64,000 nt of DNA, taken from an uncultured Rivularia sp. (GTDB lineage Bacteria > Cyanobacteriota > Cyanobacteriia > Cyanobacteriales > Nostocaceae). The DNA lies in NCBI GenBank assembly GCA_963665115.1, contig OY762007.1, positions 1,376,001 through 1,440,000 of the forward strand, read 5' to 3'. Shown piece by piece: positions 1 through 10,159 of this stretch. Position 1 is the stretch's first letter, and each line of letters begins with the position of its first letter. The notes under the pieces were generated by a model. It searched no databases. It was not told the origin of the DNA and was given only the letters and a program-made list of their open reading frames with translations. Both the position numbers and the translations under genes were made by a program.

Positions 1-296
1 TTTATCAGCTTGTCGTACAAGTCAGGAGCGTCTTTTTGTAATGGTTGAGGCATTGTTTCAAATGCTGCTGCTTCGGCTGCTATATAAGCATCGATCTCAT
101 CGCAGTTAGCTAGATAAAAGGCGATAGCTCCATAAACTTGTTCGAGCGTTAACAAAGGGAAAGATTGAACAATGCTTTCAGGAGATAATCCTTGTTGAAA
201 AGCATAAACGATCGAGTCTAAGGAAATCCGAGTCCCTTCTAGCCAATAAGCATCATTTCGATACTCTACGTAAGACTTAGCAACTACAACTGACAT
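1..296 (-). CDS. DUF433 domain protein (putative antitoxin), truncated by the window edge
   Basis: Manual translation from ATG at 296: MSVVVAKSYVEYRNDAYWLEGTRISLDSIVYAFQQGLSPESIVQSFPLLTLEQVYGAIAFYLAN..., which has the GTRI..D.I...G.SPE.I...FP.LTL.QVY.AI.FY pattern of DUF433. Confidence 0.8.
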   Translation of the reverse strand, partial: MSVVVAKSYVEYRNDAYWLEGTRISLDSIVYAFQQGLSPESIVQSFPLLTLEQVYGAIAFYLANCDEIDAYIAAEAAAFETMPQPLQKDAPDLYDKLI

Positions 297-353
297 GATT
301 AATTTTGGATGTGAATCGGCTTAAATAATTGTAACTAACTGTAGCCACTGCTT

Positions 354-623
354 TCTATCATCAAAGCCCCTTTATCATCTAGAACAAATAAAATTATTGG
401 CTCCAAGGCACCTAGTATTTACTTATCTAAGCTTCAGGAAAAAGCAAAAATTACAGAGGAACGGATGGATGATATCTTGCAATCCCACGCGATAAATCCA
501 GGTACTTTACGTTCGGATAACTTTCAAGCTTTCTTTGATTTACGGCAAGAAGCATTACTTAATCGAATTGAGACAGCTATGGGTAAAACTATTTTCAGGT
601 CTGAATCTATGGAATTAGCTTGA
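354..623 (+). pseudogene. C-terminal fragment of a DUF262/GmrSD-type nuclease
   Basis: Start-less frame SIIKAPLSSRTNKIIGSKAPSIYL...ILQSHAINPGTLRSDNFQAFFDLRQEALLNRIETAMGK...* resembles the C-terminus of DUF262-family proteins; in-frame TAG at 342-344 upstream. Confidence 0.55.
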
Positions 624-827
624 GACTCATAAACAATAACCAGCAATAAAAGTTGATATATTTTTGTTGCGATAGGTGATTATCTACTATCTTCCTTAAG
701 GAATACAAACATACGTGAATATCAACCCCAAGATAGTGGGATGACTAACCATTTTTAGCAATCATTAGTAATTGTAAACAAGATTCATAATTCACACCCA
801 AATTAACTTTTAGGCTATAGGCATAAG

Positions 828-1025
828 ATGAGTACTTTAAATAGTTCTGCTTCAAAATGTATATGCTGTAAACATTTCACGCCATTAGGTCAGCGTGGTG
901 GTACTTGCGGACTGCTAAATAATGGTTTAGTTAAAAGCAATTGGAAAGCTTGTTCTTTTTCAAAACCGGCTTTTGATGTTTCTACAAGAGAAAATACTTT
1001 TAGTTACGCTTTATTAAGTCGCTAA
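828..1025 (+). CDS. small Cys-rich cyanobacterial hypothetical protein
   Basis: 65 aa with CICCKHF.P.G.RGG.C...V...WKACS pattern, directly upstream of rplU. Confidence 0.6.
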   Translation: MSTLNSSASKCICCKHFTPLGQRGGTCGLLNNGLVKSNWKACSFSKPAFDVSTRENTFSYALLSR

Positions 1026-1288
1026 AGCTTTTTTGTAATATTTGTTTTCATGTTTTCTGCGATAATTATTTGCATTAACACCTCAAACTTTAAGTTTCTC
1101 CAAAAATTACGCACAAATAACAAAACTTTCTTGTGATAATAGGATTACTTCCATAAACTACGTGACGCTAACAATGGAACCTATTTTCGCCTCAGTCCTA
1201 ATCTTTTTAAAATAAGTAAGCAAAAGCTTGCATATAAAGCCGCCATGATAGTAATATTGTCTGTCGGCTGTCTAATTCCTGCTCGGAT

Positions 1289-1349
1289 CAGGTAGGCACG
1301 TTGTAAAAGCTGGGTATAACGATTCTAAAAGTTTGAAGCCAGCTACCTG
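1289..1349 (+). promoter_or_regulatory. putative structured 5' leader of rplU
   Basis: CAGGTAG (1289-1295) pairs with CTACCTG (1343-1349); AGCTGG (1308-1313) pairs with CCAGCT (1339-1344). Confidence 0.35.
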
Positions 1350-1373
1350 TACGGCAATTTTAAGGATAAATAA

Positions 1374-1784
1374 ATGAGTTACGCAATTATTGAAACTGGC
1401 GGAAAGCAACTTAAAGTTGAGCCAGGTCGCTTTTACGATATAGAATTACTGCACAACGAACCGGATGAGAAAATTACTATAGATTCAGTTTTATTCGTGC
1501 AGCACGATGGTGAAGTTAGTATTGGACAGCCGTTAGTCTCCGGAGCAACTGTAGAAGGAACGGTGATGCGGCACTATAGAGGGCGCAAAGTCTTGGTATA
1601 CAAGATGAAGCCGAAAAAGAAAACCCGTAAAAAGCGCGGTCATCGTCAAGAAATCACTCGCTTAATGATTGATTCAATCAGCATGAATGGTTCGGCGATC
1701 GCCACAAAACCTGAGAGTACTGCTAGCAATGATGCTGAAGATGCACCTGCACAAGCCGTAACTGCTGAAGTCGTTGCAGAATAG
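1374..1784 (+). CDS. rplU: 50S ribosomal protein L21
   Basis: [12 protein letters not shown] start and KKRGHRQ motif; acidic cyanobacterial tail. Confidence 0.98.
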   Translation: MSYAIIETGGKQLKVEPGRFYDIELLHNEPDEKITIDSVLFVQHDGEVSIGQPLVSGATVEGTVMRHYRGRKVLVYKMKPKKKTRKKRGHRQEITRLMIDSISMNGSAIATKPESTASNDAEDAPAQAVTAEVVAE

Positions 1785-1787
1785 AAT

Positions 1788-1871
1788 AATGGGAATTGGG
1801 CATTGGGCATTGGGCATAGGAATTATGAATTCATTTCTCACCTTTAACCTTTGACCTTTAACCTTTAACCT
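1788..1871. repeat. STRR heptamer arrays (TGGGCAT)n and (CCTTTAA)n
   Basis: Tandem 7-mers between rplU and rpmA. Confidence 0.85.
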
Positions 1872-1902
1872 TTTTATCGTCAATTATCAAAAGGAGAACA
1901 AC

Positions 1903-2190
1903 ATGGCTCATAAGAAAGGAACGGGTAGTACTCGCAACGGACGCGACTCAAATGCTCAACGGCTTGGCGTAAAGCGCTATGGTGGTCAAAGTGTTCGCGC
2001 TGGAAATATTTTGATACGTCAGCGCGGTACTAAGTATCACCCCGGTAACAACGTTGGTATCGGTAAGGATGATACTTTGTTTGCTTTGATAGACGGCGTT
2101 GTAACTTTTGAAAGAAAGGGCAAGAGCCGCAAGAAAGTTAGCGTTTACACTGGCGCTACTGAGGCAGAGCCAGCAGCTGTTGCTTCTTAA
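1903..2190 (+). CDS. rpmA: 50S ribosomal protein L27
   Basis: [16 protein letters not shown]...RQRGT signature. Confidence 0.99.
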   Translation: MAHKKGTGSTRNGRDSNAQRLGVKRYGGQSVRAGNILIRQRGTKYHPGNNVGIGKDDTLFALIDGVVTFERKGKSRKKVSVYTGATEAEPAAVAS

Positions 2191-2204
2191 GTAATATTTG
2201 AATC

Positions 2205-2299
2205 GGACGGGCAAGGATGTCCCGCAGTCGCACTCTGCGAGAAAGCCTCCGGCTCACATGGGGGAAACCCCCAGGACCGCGCTGCTCTCCATCCCACAA
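2205..2299. repeat. GC-rich nested short dispersed repeat
   Basis: GACGGGCAAGGATG...ATCCCACAA outer unit interrupted by a unit containing the GGGGGAAACCCCC hairpin. Confidence 0.55.
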
Positions 2300-2345
2300 A
2301 ATGTTTAACGATTGTAAGACGGGTACATTACTCGTCTTATTTTTT

Positions 2346-2401
2346 ATGCCCAATGCCCAATGCCCAATTCCCAATGCCCAATGCCCAATGCCCAATGCCC
2401 A
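2346..2401. repeat. STRR array (ATGCCCA)n
   Basis: About 8 heptamer units. Confidence 0.9.
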
Positions 2402-2406
2402 TTCGA

Positions 2407-2835
2407 TCAAATCAACTGATTCAATAAAAATCCCAACATCAAGCCTGCAATGGAAAACACGGAAGTAAAGAAAAAGGCTTGTGTTTCTTTCATTCCCGCT
2501 AATTGAAAATCTAGTCTTACTAAAATAGTTGCGCTAATAATTAACATAATATCGAGAAATATTCGGAATTCAGCAAAAACAAGAAAGAATAAGAAAGCAC
2601 CTAAAACCGCGAACCCAAAAGATTTAAGCTTTGTGTTAAATAAAACGCGAACATACTTAACGGTTTTTGACCAAGGGCTAGTTATGCCTGCAACCAGAAT
2701 TAATATGCTAATGACAATTAGTAACCATGCAAAATTTGGCAGATTCTCTTGAGATAATATCCACCCAAATACACTGTATGTAAGTAATACAACTGCAAGG
2801 GAAACCCAAGGAAGTTTTTTAATGATAGATACCAT
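2407..2835 (-). CDS. hypothetical integral membrane protein
   Basis: 142 aa with several hydrophobic segments. Confidence 0.75.
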   Translation of the reverse strand: MVSIIKKLPWVSLAVVLLTYSVFGWILSQENLPNFAWLLIVISILILVAGITSPWSKTVKYVRVLFNTKLKSFGFAVLGAFLFFLVFAEFRIFLDIMLIISATILVRLDFQLAGMKETQAFFFTSVFSIAGLMLGFLLNQLI

Positions 2836-3186
2836 AATTGATTGCGCCTCACCTGCAATAATAGTAAATGTATCTGGTATTAAAGGTAATAGAGCAGACG
2901 TAGTTTCATTAGTAATTACACTTAAACCTATTTTCAGCGTTTAATAAGACTTTTGCCTGAGAAATTGCCCCTGAAAGATTGACAAATTATTTTACCGTAT
3001 TCTTTTTTTCTACGATGCCGTAGAGTATAATTCTATCTTTAATATTTAAAGAAGAACGCGAACAGATATTTTGCCCTAATTATGGGTAAAATAAGATTTT
3101 GTTAAAATTTATTTCAATAATACTTAAACATTTGTAAACTGATGTCAGCTAGGTTGCGGTTTATCATATCTTGTTAAGGGATTATC

Positions 3187-4104
3187 ATGAGACAATCTGT
3201 TATTGCGGAGCGCGTCTGCCTTATAAGTCATATTTTGGCTAAGGTTTTTGGGCTTATAGGTATTATGTTGGTCATACCTAACGCTAAAATGATTTTGAAT
3301 TTTGGAGATGTTGGACAAACAGCCATGCAGCTGAGTATGGCTAATGGTGGTGTTGTAGATATTATTTTTGGAATAATAGCTGTTTCTATTTATGCTTGTA
3401 GAGTTTTGGGATGGAAGACTTGGTTGGGTTTTCTAGTTCCTTCTGTTTTGGTATCGGTAGGAAGTGAATTACTCGGAACTAGTACTGGTTTTCCTTTTGG
3501 TGATTACAGCTATCTCAGCGGCTTAGGTTATAAAATTGGCGGTTTAGTTCCGTTTACAATACCTTTATCCTGGTTTTATGTCGGTTTGTCAGCTTACTTA
3601 ATTGCAAGAAGTGGTTTAAAGGTAGCCGAAAAACCAACTTTGATACGCCATATTGGTGCGATCGCAATTGGTGCTTTACTCTTCACAAGTTGGGATTTTG
3701 CTCTCGAACCAGCTATGAGTCAAACTGCTTTTCCTTTCTGGTACTGGGAAACTCCGGGAGATTTCTTTGGAACACCTTACCGTAACTATGCTGGTTGGTT
3801 TGGCACTAGCGCTCTATTTATGAGTTTAGCGGCTTTGATATGGAGTCCGAAGCCGATTAAATTATGGCGCAGTCAACTAGTTTTACCTCTGATTGTTTAT
3901 TTAAGTAACTTTGTTTTCGCTGCTGGACTAAGTTTGGGAGACGGTTTTGTCGTTCCAGTTTCTTTCGGTTTAATTCTAGGTGTTATTCCGGCTGTAGTTT
4001 TATGGTTAAAAAGTCCTAATGCACCAGCGTCTTATGCTGAGGATGGTGTAGAAAATGCAGCGAATGAAGTTGCAGTTGCTTCTCTCAAAGTTGCTGTAAA
4101 GTAA
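3187..4104 (+). CDS. cruF: carotenoid 1'-hydroxylase CruF (myxoxanthophyll pathway)
   Basis: SELLGTSTGFPFG.Y.Y, VPFTIPLSWFY, WDFALEPAM and P.RNYAGW motifs; adjacent to cruG. Confidence 0.9.
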   Translation: MRQSVIAERVCLISHILAKVFGLIGIMLVIPNAKMILNFGDVGQTAMQLSMANGGVVDIIFGIIAVSIYACRVLGWKTWLGFLVPSVLVSVGSELLGTSTGFPFGDYSYLSGLGYKIGGLVPFTIPLSWFYVGLSAYLIARSGLKVAEKPTLIRHIGAIAIGALLFTSWDFALEPAMSQTAFPFWYWETPGDFFGTPYRNYAGWFGTSALFMSLAALIWSPKPIKLWRSQLVLPLIVYLSNFVFAAGLSLGDGFVVPVSFGLILGVIPAVVLWLKSPNAPASYAEDGVENAANEVAVASLKVAVK

Positions 4105-4126
4105 CGATTCAATAAAGTGGTTAATA

Positions 4127-5324
4127 ATGCAGGAGCTTTTAAGCGGTATCTCGCTTTTTATTTTACTTATTCAGGTACCAGCAGTTTTTGTTCTGCTGTC
4201 GCGTTTACTAAAAGGGCCATTTCGTCAACCTCCGATTCAACCTCAAAGTCCAACACCGGAACTTTTAGGGAATGTGAGCGTAGTGGTTCCGACTCTTAAT
4301 GAAGCCGAACGTATTAGCCCTTTATTAACTGGTTTAAGCAGACAAAGTTATGAAGTGCGGGAAGTTATCGTTGTAGATAGCAATTCCCAAGATGGTACCC
4401 GCGACTTGGTAAAAGCAACGGCCCCAAAAAGATCCGCGCTTTCGCTTGATAACCGACGAACCTTTACCCAAAGATTGGGTAGGTCGTCCTTGGGCTTTAC
4501 ATAGTGGTTTTTTACAAACTTCTCCTAAAAGTGAATGGTTTTTGGGAATGGATGCAGATACTCAACCCGATCCCGGTTTAGTTGCTGGTTTAGTAAATCG
4601 TGCCTCTGCGGGCAATTACGATCTAGTTTCCCTATCTCCTCAATTTATTCTTAAATATCCCGGTGAATCTTTGCTTCAACCGGCGCTGTTAATGACGCTA
4701 CTTTATCGGTTCGATCCTGCTGGGGTAAACACACAGACATCAGAGCGTGTAATGGCGAACGGGCAATGTTTTCTGTGTCGTCGTTCTGTTTTAGAAAGCG
4801 TAAATGGTTATACCAACGCCAAAAGTTCATTTTGCGATGATGTCACCTTGGCAAGAAAGATCGCTGTAAGTGGCTTTAAAGTCGGTTTCTTAGACGGAGC
4901 AAAAGTGCTGAAAGTACGAATGTACGAAGGTGCTGCGGAAACCTGGAAAGAATGGGGAAGAAGCCTCGATCTCAAAGACGCATCCTCTCGCGCTCAAACT
5001 TGGGGAGACTTATGGTTACTAGCATCAGTACAGGGTTTACCTTTAGTAATAGTGTTGTCATTATTACTTCTTTCTCCCCATCCCCTTGTCTCCCCTTCCC
5101 CCAATCTCTTCTCCCCCCCTCTGATTCTCCTATCGCTAAACCTATTTTTACTATTGATTCGTTCAATGATGCTTCTAGCAATAGCAGCTTCCTACGATTT
5201 CACCCAAACCAAAGGGGGCTGGCTATTTTGGCTTTCACCGATAGCAGACCCCTTAGCAGTTTTACGAATTTTTCTATCAGCCTCCCGCACTCCACGACAA
5301 TGGCGAGGACGGGAGTATAGTTGA
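4127..5324 (+). CDS. cruG: carotenoid 2'-O-glycosyltransferase CruG (GT2), split by a +1 frameshift
   Basis: ORFs 4127-4504 and 4446-5324 join if one C is removed from GCCCC at 4421-4425 (...KATAQKDPRFRLITDEPLP...); GT2 motifs VVVPTLNE, MDAD, ANGQCFL, CDD. Confidence 0.88.
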
Positions 5325-5381
5325 GGTAGAGAAAAGGGATGGGGAGAAAGGGGGATGGGGAGAAAATTTAAAGTAATGAGT

Positions 5382-5513
5382 AGTGAGTAGTAAGTAGCGA
5401 ATACTTGTTTACTCAGAGCCTTTTTAGAATAAACATCATCATAAAGGCATTTTACTTGCTACTTACTACTCGCTACTCTCAACTCCTAACTCTCAACTCT
5501 CAACTCCTAACTC
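5382..5513. repeat. opposed STRR arrays around an AT-rich core
   Basis: (TAGTGAG)-like units at 5382-5399; (CTACTTA)/(AACTCCT)-like units at 5453-5513. Confidence 0.65.
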
Positions 5514-5516
5514 TTT

Positions 5517-6437
5517 TTACTCTCCTTCTTCATCCTCAATTTTATCAGCACGTTCGAGTTCCCAAAGTATTTGATTACCTTCGCGACGTACTCGTGAAAC
5601 TATCCAGTTTCTCCAGCGCCATTGGTCGCCGCGACTGGTAACAGCACTAGCGTGGACGTTCATTAAGTCCGCTAGTTCCGAACTAGTGATTAAGTAACCT
5701 TTTTCGGCTATTTCGTCAGCAATGCGAAGAGTTTCAACTAAACTGCGGAGTTGCGATACTCTTGTTTCGCGTGGTAAGTCTTCGTTTTGCAAAGTAGCAG
5801 AAGCGCTAGATGATTCCATAGTGTTCGTATTGTTTGTGTCCGATTCAAGACTACTATTATGTATCTTTTTGTTAATAACGGGTGGCGTAATGTGTGAGTT
5901 AGATGTAGATGATACCTCAACTTCGGCTTTTTGTGCGAAATTAGCATCACTGATATTTATATCCAGCATCCGCTTTAGTGATGGTATTTTCCCTGAAGCA
6001 AAACCACGGGCGATAGTGTCGCAACGTTCGTTACCTATATTACCAGCGTGACCGCGAACGTGCTGCCATTTAATTTGTTGATTATTAAGATTATCAAGAA
6101 TTTCCAATAAATCTTGGTTAAGTACGGGTTTTCCATCAGATTTCTTCCAACCTTTACGTTTCCATCCTTTTACCCACTTCGTGACGCAATTAATCAGATA
6201 TTCGCTGTCGGTGTAAAGAGTGATGGGTTTATTTTGTCCGGAAGACTCTAGAAATTCTAAAGCCGCGATCGCAGCTTGCATTTCCATTCTGTTGTTTGTG
6301 GTTTTTTTTGATGCATCACCAAGTTCGTGGACTGAACCATCATCGAAGTAAATAACAGTACCCCAACCACCAGGTCCTGGATTGCCGGTACAAGCTCCAT
6401 CGGTATATATACTTTGAATTGTAGGTTGAGAAGACAT
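5517..6437 (-). CDS. rnhA: ribonuclease HI with C-terminal extension
   Basis: IYTDGAC.GNPGPGGWG, TTNNRME, TDSEY and HVRGH.G..GNERCD motifs. Confidence 0.95.
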   Translation of the reverse strand: MSSQPTIQSIYTDGACTGNPGPGGWGTVIYFDDGSVHELGDASKKTTNNRMEMQAAIAALEFLESSGQNKPITLYTDSEYLINCVTKWVKGWKRKGWKKSDGKPVLNQDLLEILDNLNNQQIKWQHVRGHAGNIGNERCDTIARGFASGKIPSLKRMLDINISDANFAQKAEVEVSSTSNSHITPPVINKKIHNSSLESDTNNTNTMESSSASATLQNEDLPRETRVSQLRSLVETLRIADEIAEKGYLITSSELADLMNVHASAVTSRGDQWRWRNWIVSRVRREGNQILWELERADKIEDEEGE

Positions 6438-6802
6438 AGTTAATAATTTAACTCGTGCAAATACGAGGACATAACTACGACACGGTTAATGATGTTGTAG
6501 CAAATATCCGTTGCAAAAAGAGGAAAAACCCTTAAGTTGCAACGAGTTATAAACGTTATCACGTTTGGGCGCAAGGTTGTAAAAAGAAAATAATATTTAA
6601 TGATTTATTAATTTTGTGTGTAATTTATTTTTGGATTGTTTTTAGATTACTTGCAGCGCAAATTGTGAAATTAGGATAGGTTAATCACAAGAAATATTGA
6701 CAAAACCGGCTTTCGTACTTATTAGAGAAATATTCCCAGTATCTTTGAGATACCGGGTTTCTAAGTTGTTCGTTAAACAATGAAAACTTTATAAATAATC
6801 AG

Positions 6803-7258
6803 TTACTTATAATTCTTTCCCACATCCTGAATAAATTGCTGCCAAGTTTCATTAGGAATCCAAATTTGATGTAAATCTTTTTTCGCTACCTCATCACCGA
6901 TATCCTGAGAGCGGCGGTAAAGATATATGAAAGCAGATACGCGCTTATTTGCTGCACAATGAACAAAAACTTTTTGATCGACGTTTGTTTTCATTACTTG
7001 AATAAATTCTTGTAACTTATCTTTCGTAGGATTTTCCCAAATTACGGGTATATGAATGTATTGCATCCCCTCAGCTTCAACAATCTCTTTTTCATTACGT
7101 AAAGCATTAGAAGAATCTTTTAACGCTAAATTGACAACAACTTGATATCCTGCTTCTTTTATATGAGAAAACTGTTCCGCTGATGGTTGTCCGGCGGTAG
7201 CAATTTTATCTGATATTTTTAAGTAGTTGTAAATATTTTCTAGACAATTATGAGACAT
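6803..7258 (-). CDS. protein tyrosine phosphatase-like (DUF442-type) protein
   Basis: TAGQP and HCAANKR (CX4R) loop. Confidence 0.8.
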   Translation of the reverse strand: MSHNCLENIYNYLKISDKIATAGQPSAEQFSHIKEAGYQVVVNLALKDSSNALRNEKEIVEAEGMQYIHIPVIWENPTKDKLQEFIQVMKTNVDQKVFVHCAANKRVSAFIYLYRRSQDIGDEVAKKDLHQIWIPNETWQQFIQDVGKNYK

Positions 7259-7385
7259 TTTAATTTATGCTTAATCGATGCGCGACTATTTTACAATAAA
7301 GTCCAAGTTTGCAGCACGATTAACAATTTAGGGGAGAGTAATTAAACCTATAATGGCAGATTGGCAGTTGATGATTGAAAATTAA

Positions 7386-8276
7386 TTAAACCGTAGATTC
7401 TGCTAAGGTTTGAAAGTCGAATTTTTTAAGCATTTCTAAAAATCTAAAAACCGCTGGTACGTGAAGGGTATTTGATAAAACTGCGATTCCGATCGCTCTT
7501 GCAAAAGGTGTTGGTAAACTGCATACCCGTATATTTTGAGGTATTGGTAAGGCTGCTAAACGGGGAATAATTGCTGCTGCTAATCCTTGATTTACCATAC
7601 TTACAACGGTTGAGTCTTCTTGGATATCGCTAACAGTATTTAAAGAAGGTGCTACTAATTTCAAATGCGCGTGAAGAATACCACCGCAGGGTAAAGCAGG
7701 AAGCATAATTTGTTGATATTCAGCTAAGTCTTCCCAGGTAATTTGACGATTTATTTGGGCATTTGGGGGAAATAAGACAATATATTCGTCGTTCAAAATA
7801 TTCCACGCTTCAAATTCATCGCTAGTAGGTATATAAGTAGTACCAATATCAGCACGCCCTTCACGCAAACAATTTTCTATATCAACATAGTGGGGACGTT
7901 CTACAATAGTTACACCAACTTCTGGAAATTGTTGGTGAAACTGAGAAATTGCTTTGGGTAACAAATGAGTTGCGACGCTGCGGAAACAAGCAATTCGTAC
8001 ATTCCCGCCACGTAAACCTTTATGTCGGTTTGCTTCTTTCTGCATCATTTCTATATTTTGTAGCGCTTGGCGGGCATAGTATAAAATTCGCTCTCCAGCA
8101 GGTGTTAATACGGCACCATGTCGCCCTCTAGAAAATAAAGGTACGCCTAAATCTGTTTCTAAGGTAGCTATAGCATGACTAATCGCTGGTTGAGTAAGTT
8201 GTAATTCCAGAGCCGCTTCACTAAAGTTGCCATAATCTGCTATTGCAACAATGGCTCGCAATTGAGAAATTTTCAT
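7386..8276 (-). CDS. LysR family transcriptional regulator
   Basis: GNFSEAALELQLTQPAISHAIATLE helix-turn-helix followed by LTPAG. Confidence 0.95.
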   Translation of the reverse strand: MKISQLRAIVAIADYGNFSEAALELQLTQPAISHAIATLETDLGVPLFSRGRHGAVLTPAGERILYYARQALQNIEMMQKEANRHKGLRGGNVRIACFRSVATHLLPKAISQFHQQFPEVGVTIVERPHYVDIENCLREGRADIGTTYIPTSDEFEAWNILNDEYIVLFPPNAQINRQITWEDLAEYQQIMLPALPCGGILHAHLKLVAPSLNTVSDIQEDSTVVSMVNQGLAAAIIPRLAALPIPQNIRVCSLPTPFARAIGIAVLSNTLHVPAVFRFLEMLKKFDFQTLAESTV

Positions 8277-8303
8277 ATGCAGAGTATCAATAATTTTTAT
8301 ATC

Positions 8304-8320
8304 TATAAATAGCTTTTATA
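8304..8320. promoter_or_regulatory. possible LysR-type T-N11-A box
   Basis: TATAAATAGCTTTTATA dyad in the divergent LysR/DUF3291 intergenic region; AT-rich, so weak evidence. Confidence 0.3.
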
Positions 8321-8421
8321 AAAACTATAGAAGCAGTTATTTGATTGTCAAGTTTGAATCGTAGATGATGAGATAGCAGAATTCAAAAACTACAGTTCAA
8401 ATCGGGTTAACTCATAAATTC

Positions 8422-8892
8422 ATGACAAGCAAATCTCATCACTTGTCTCAGGTTAATATTTCTCGCATGATTGCTCCGCTTAGCAGTCCAATTATGGCTG
8501 ATTTTGTAGCGGAATTAGATTCAATTAATAAGTTAGCAGACGAGGCAACGGGATTTGTATGGCGTTTGCAAACTGAAGAAGGAAATGCAACAAGTATTAG
8601 CGCATATGATGATGAATTAATACTTTTCAATTTATCAGTTTGGGAATCAATAGATGTTTTGAAGCAATTTGTTTATCGCAGTCAACATGGAAAAGTAATG
8701 CGCGATCGACAAAAGTGGTTTCGTAAATCGGAAGGAAAAAATATGGCGTTATGGTGGGTTCATTCAGGAGATATACCTACAGTTGATGAAGCAAAAAAGC
8801 GCTTGCAACATCTTAATGATTATGGTGAAAGTGAATATGCTTTTTCATTCAAAAATCAGCTTTTTACTAAGGAAGCAATCAGTGTCAATTAA
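8422..8892 (+). CDS. DUF3291 domain protein
   Basis: GFVWRLQ..EGNAT, NLSVWES and ALWWV..G..PT motifs. Confidence 0.85.
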   Translation: MTSKSHHLSQVNISRMIAPLSSPIMADFVAELDSINKLADEATGFVWRLQTEEGNATSISAYDDELILFNLSVWESIDVLKQFVYRSQHGKVMRDRQKWFRKSEGKNMALWWVHSGDIPTVDEAKKRLQHLNDYGESEYAFSFKNQLFTKEAISVN

Positions 8893-9076
8893 AATATCTA
8901 CTTATCATCCTCAGTATCAAGCTCAAGTTGTCGATTTAATTTTGAAAATACAGCAGCAAGAGTTTGGTGTTTCGATAACTCTTGAGGAACAACCGGATTT
9001 ATTGAAAATTTCTGATTTTTATCAACAGGGTAACTTTTATTGTTTAACAGTTCCAATTGATCCTAAAACAGAATAA
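8882..9076 (+). pseudogene. truncated GNAT acetyltransferase
   Basis: GTG at 8882; ...[40 protein letters not shown] then runs into the 3' end of the convergent gene at 9037. Confidence 0.65.
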
Positions 9077-9351
9077 TAATGTTCTACTTCGGGAAATGGT
9101 TCGTAAAAATGATGTAAAAGTTGTTTCCATTCTTGATATTCTGGTGATTTCCTAAAACCGACGGTATGAGCTTCTAAAGTTTCCCAACGAGCAAGCAGAA
9201 TATAACGATTTGGGACTTCGATGCATTTTTGTAATTCATGAGATATGTATCCCGGCATTGAAGAGATGATTTTAGAAGCTTGTTTGAATGCTGCTTCAAA
9301 TTCATCGGACATACCGTCTTTTACATCTAAAATTGCGACTTCGAGAATCAT
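9037..9351 (-). CDS. antibiotic biosynthesis monooxygenase (ABM) family protein
   Basis: [33 protein letters not shown]. Confidence 0.88.
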   Translation of the reverse strand: MILEVAILDVKDGMSDEFEAAFKQASKIISSMPGYISHELQKCIEVPNRYILLARWETLEAHTVGFRKSPEYQEWKQLLHHFYEPFPEVEHYYSVLGSIGTVKQ

Positions 9352-9375
9352 TTGTTTATAGGTTGTTGAATCAAT

Positions 9376-9433
9376 AATCCACGATGGGTTGCAAACCCAT
9401 AGCTAATAGCTGGAGTCATCTAAAGATGACTGA
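9376..9433 (+). repeat. double-hairpin dispersed repeat, copy 1
   Basis: AATCC..ATGGGTTGCAAACCCAT..CTAATAG....AGTCATCTAAAGATGACTGA. Confidence 0.7.
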
Positions 9434-9460
9434 TAAAAAACTATTTAAGGTAATTTAAAA

Positions 9461-10114
9461 ATGACAGAATTAACTTTGGTAATTGGCAATAAAAATTATT
9501 CTTCTTGGTCGCTGCGTCCTTGGCTGGCGATGAAACAGAATGGTTTACAATTCAAAGAGATTCGTATTCCTCTTTACGCTCCAGAATCAAAACAAAAACT
9601 TCAACAATATACGCCTTCTGGTAAAATACCCGTTTTATTGTACGACAGTCAAACTATATGGGAATCGCTGGCTATTTTGGAATATTTAACAGAAGAATTC
9701 TCCGATTTACATTGGTATCCAGAAGATAAAACTGCAAAAACTATAGCACGTTCTATCAGCGCCGAAATGCACGGAGGTTTTCACAAATTACGCGAAAATA
9801 TGCCGATGAATTGCCGTGCAAAATATCCAGGGAAAGGTATGGCTTTAGGGGTACAAAAAGATATTGACCGGATTACAGAAATTTGGCAAGAGTGTCGGCA
9901 AAAGTTTGGCGATCGCGGTGATATGTTGTTTGGTAAATTTACAATTGCGGATGCGATGTACGCACCTGTAGTGATGCGGTTTATTACTTACGGTGTGGAA
10001 GTGGATAAAGTTTGTGGGGATTATATGGAAGCAGTTTTGGCGCTTCCGGCAATGCAGGAATGGGTGAAAGCGGGTGAGGAGGAAGAGGAAGTTATTAAGG
10101 AGAATGAGTTTTGA
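9461..10114 (+). CDS. glutathione S-transferase family protein
   Basis: IGNKNYSSWSLRPW, PSGKIPVL, WESLAI, FTIADAMYAPV. Confidence 0.93.
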   Translation: MTELTLVIGNKNYSSWSLRPWLAMKQNGLQFKEIRIPLYAPESKQKLQQYTPSGKIPVLLYDSQTIWESLAILEYLTEEFSDLHWYPEDKTAKTIARSISAEMHGGFHKLRENMPMNCRAKYPGKGMALGVQKDIDRITEIWQECRQKFGDRGDMLFGKFTIADAMYAPVVMRFITYGVEVDKVCGDYMEAVLALPAMQEWVKAGEEEEEVIKENEF

Positions 10115-10159
10115 TTGGTAATTTGTAGGCTTATAAGTAAAGTTATAAGTTAAATCACC

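Noticed and set aside
1674..2468. ORFs reading WALGIGH, PNAQCP or KVKGQRL
   Set aside because: Translations of heptamer repeats. The same applies to the N-terminal extensions at 19362, 38392 and 52526.
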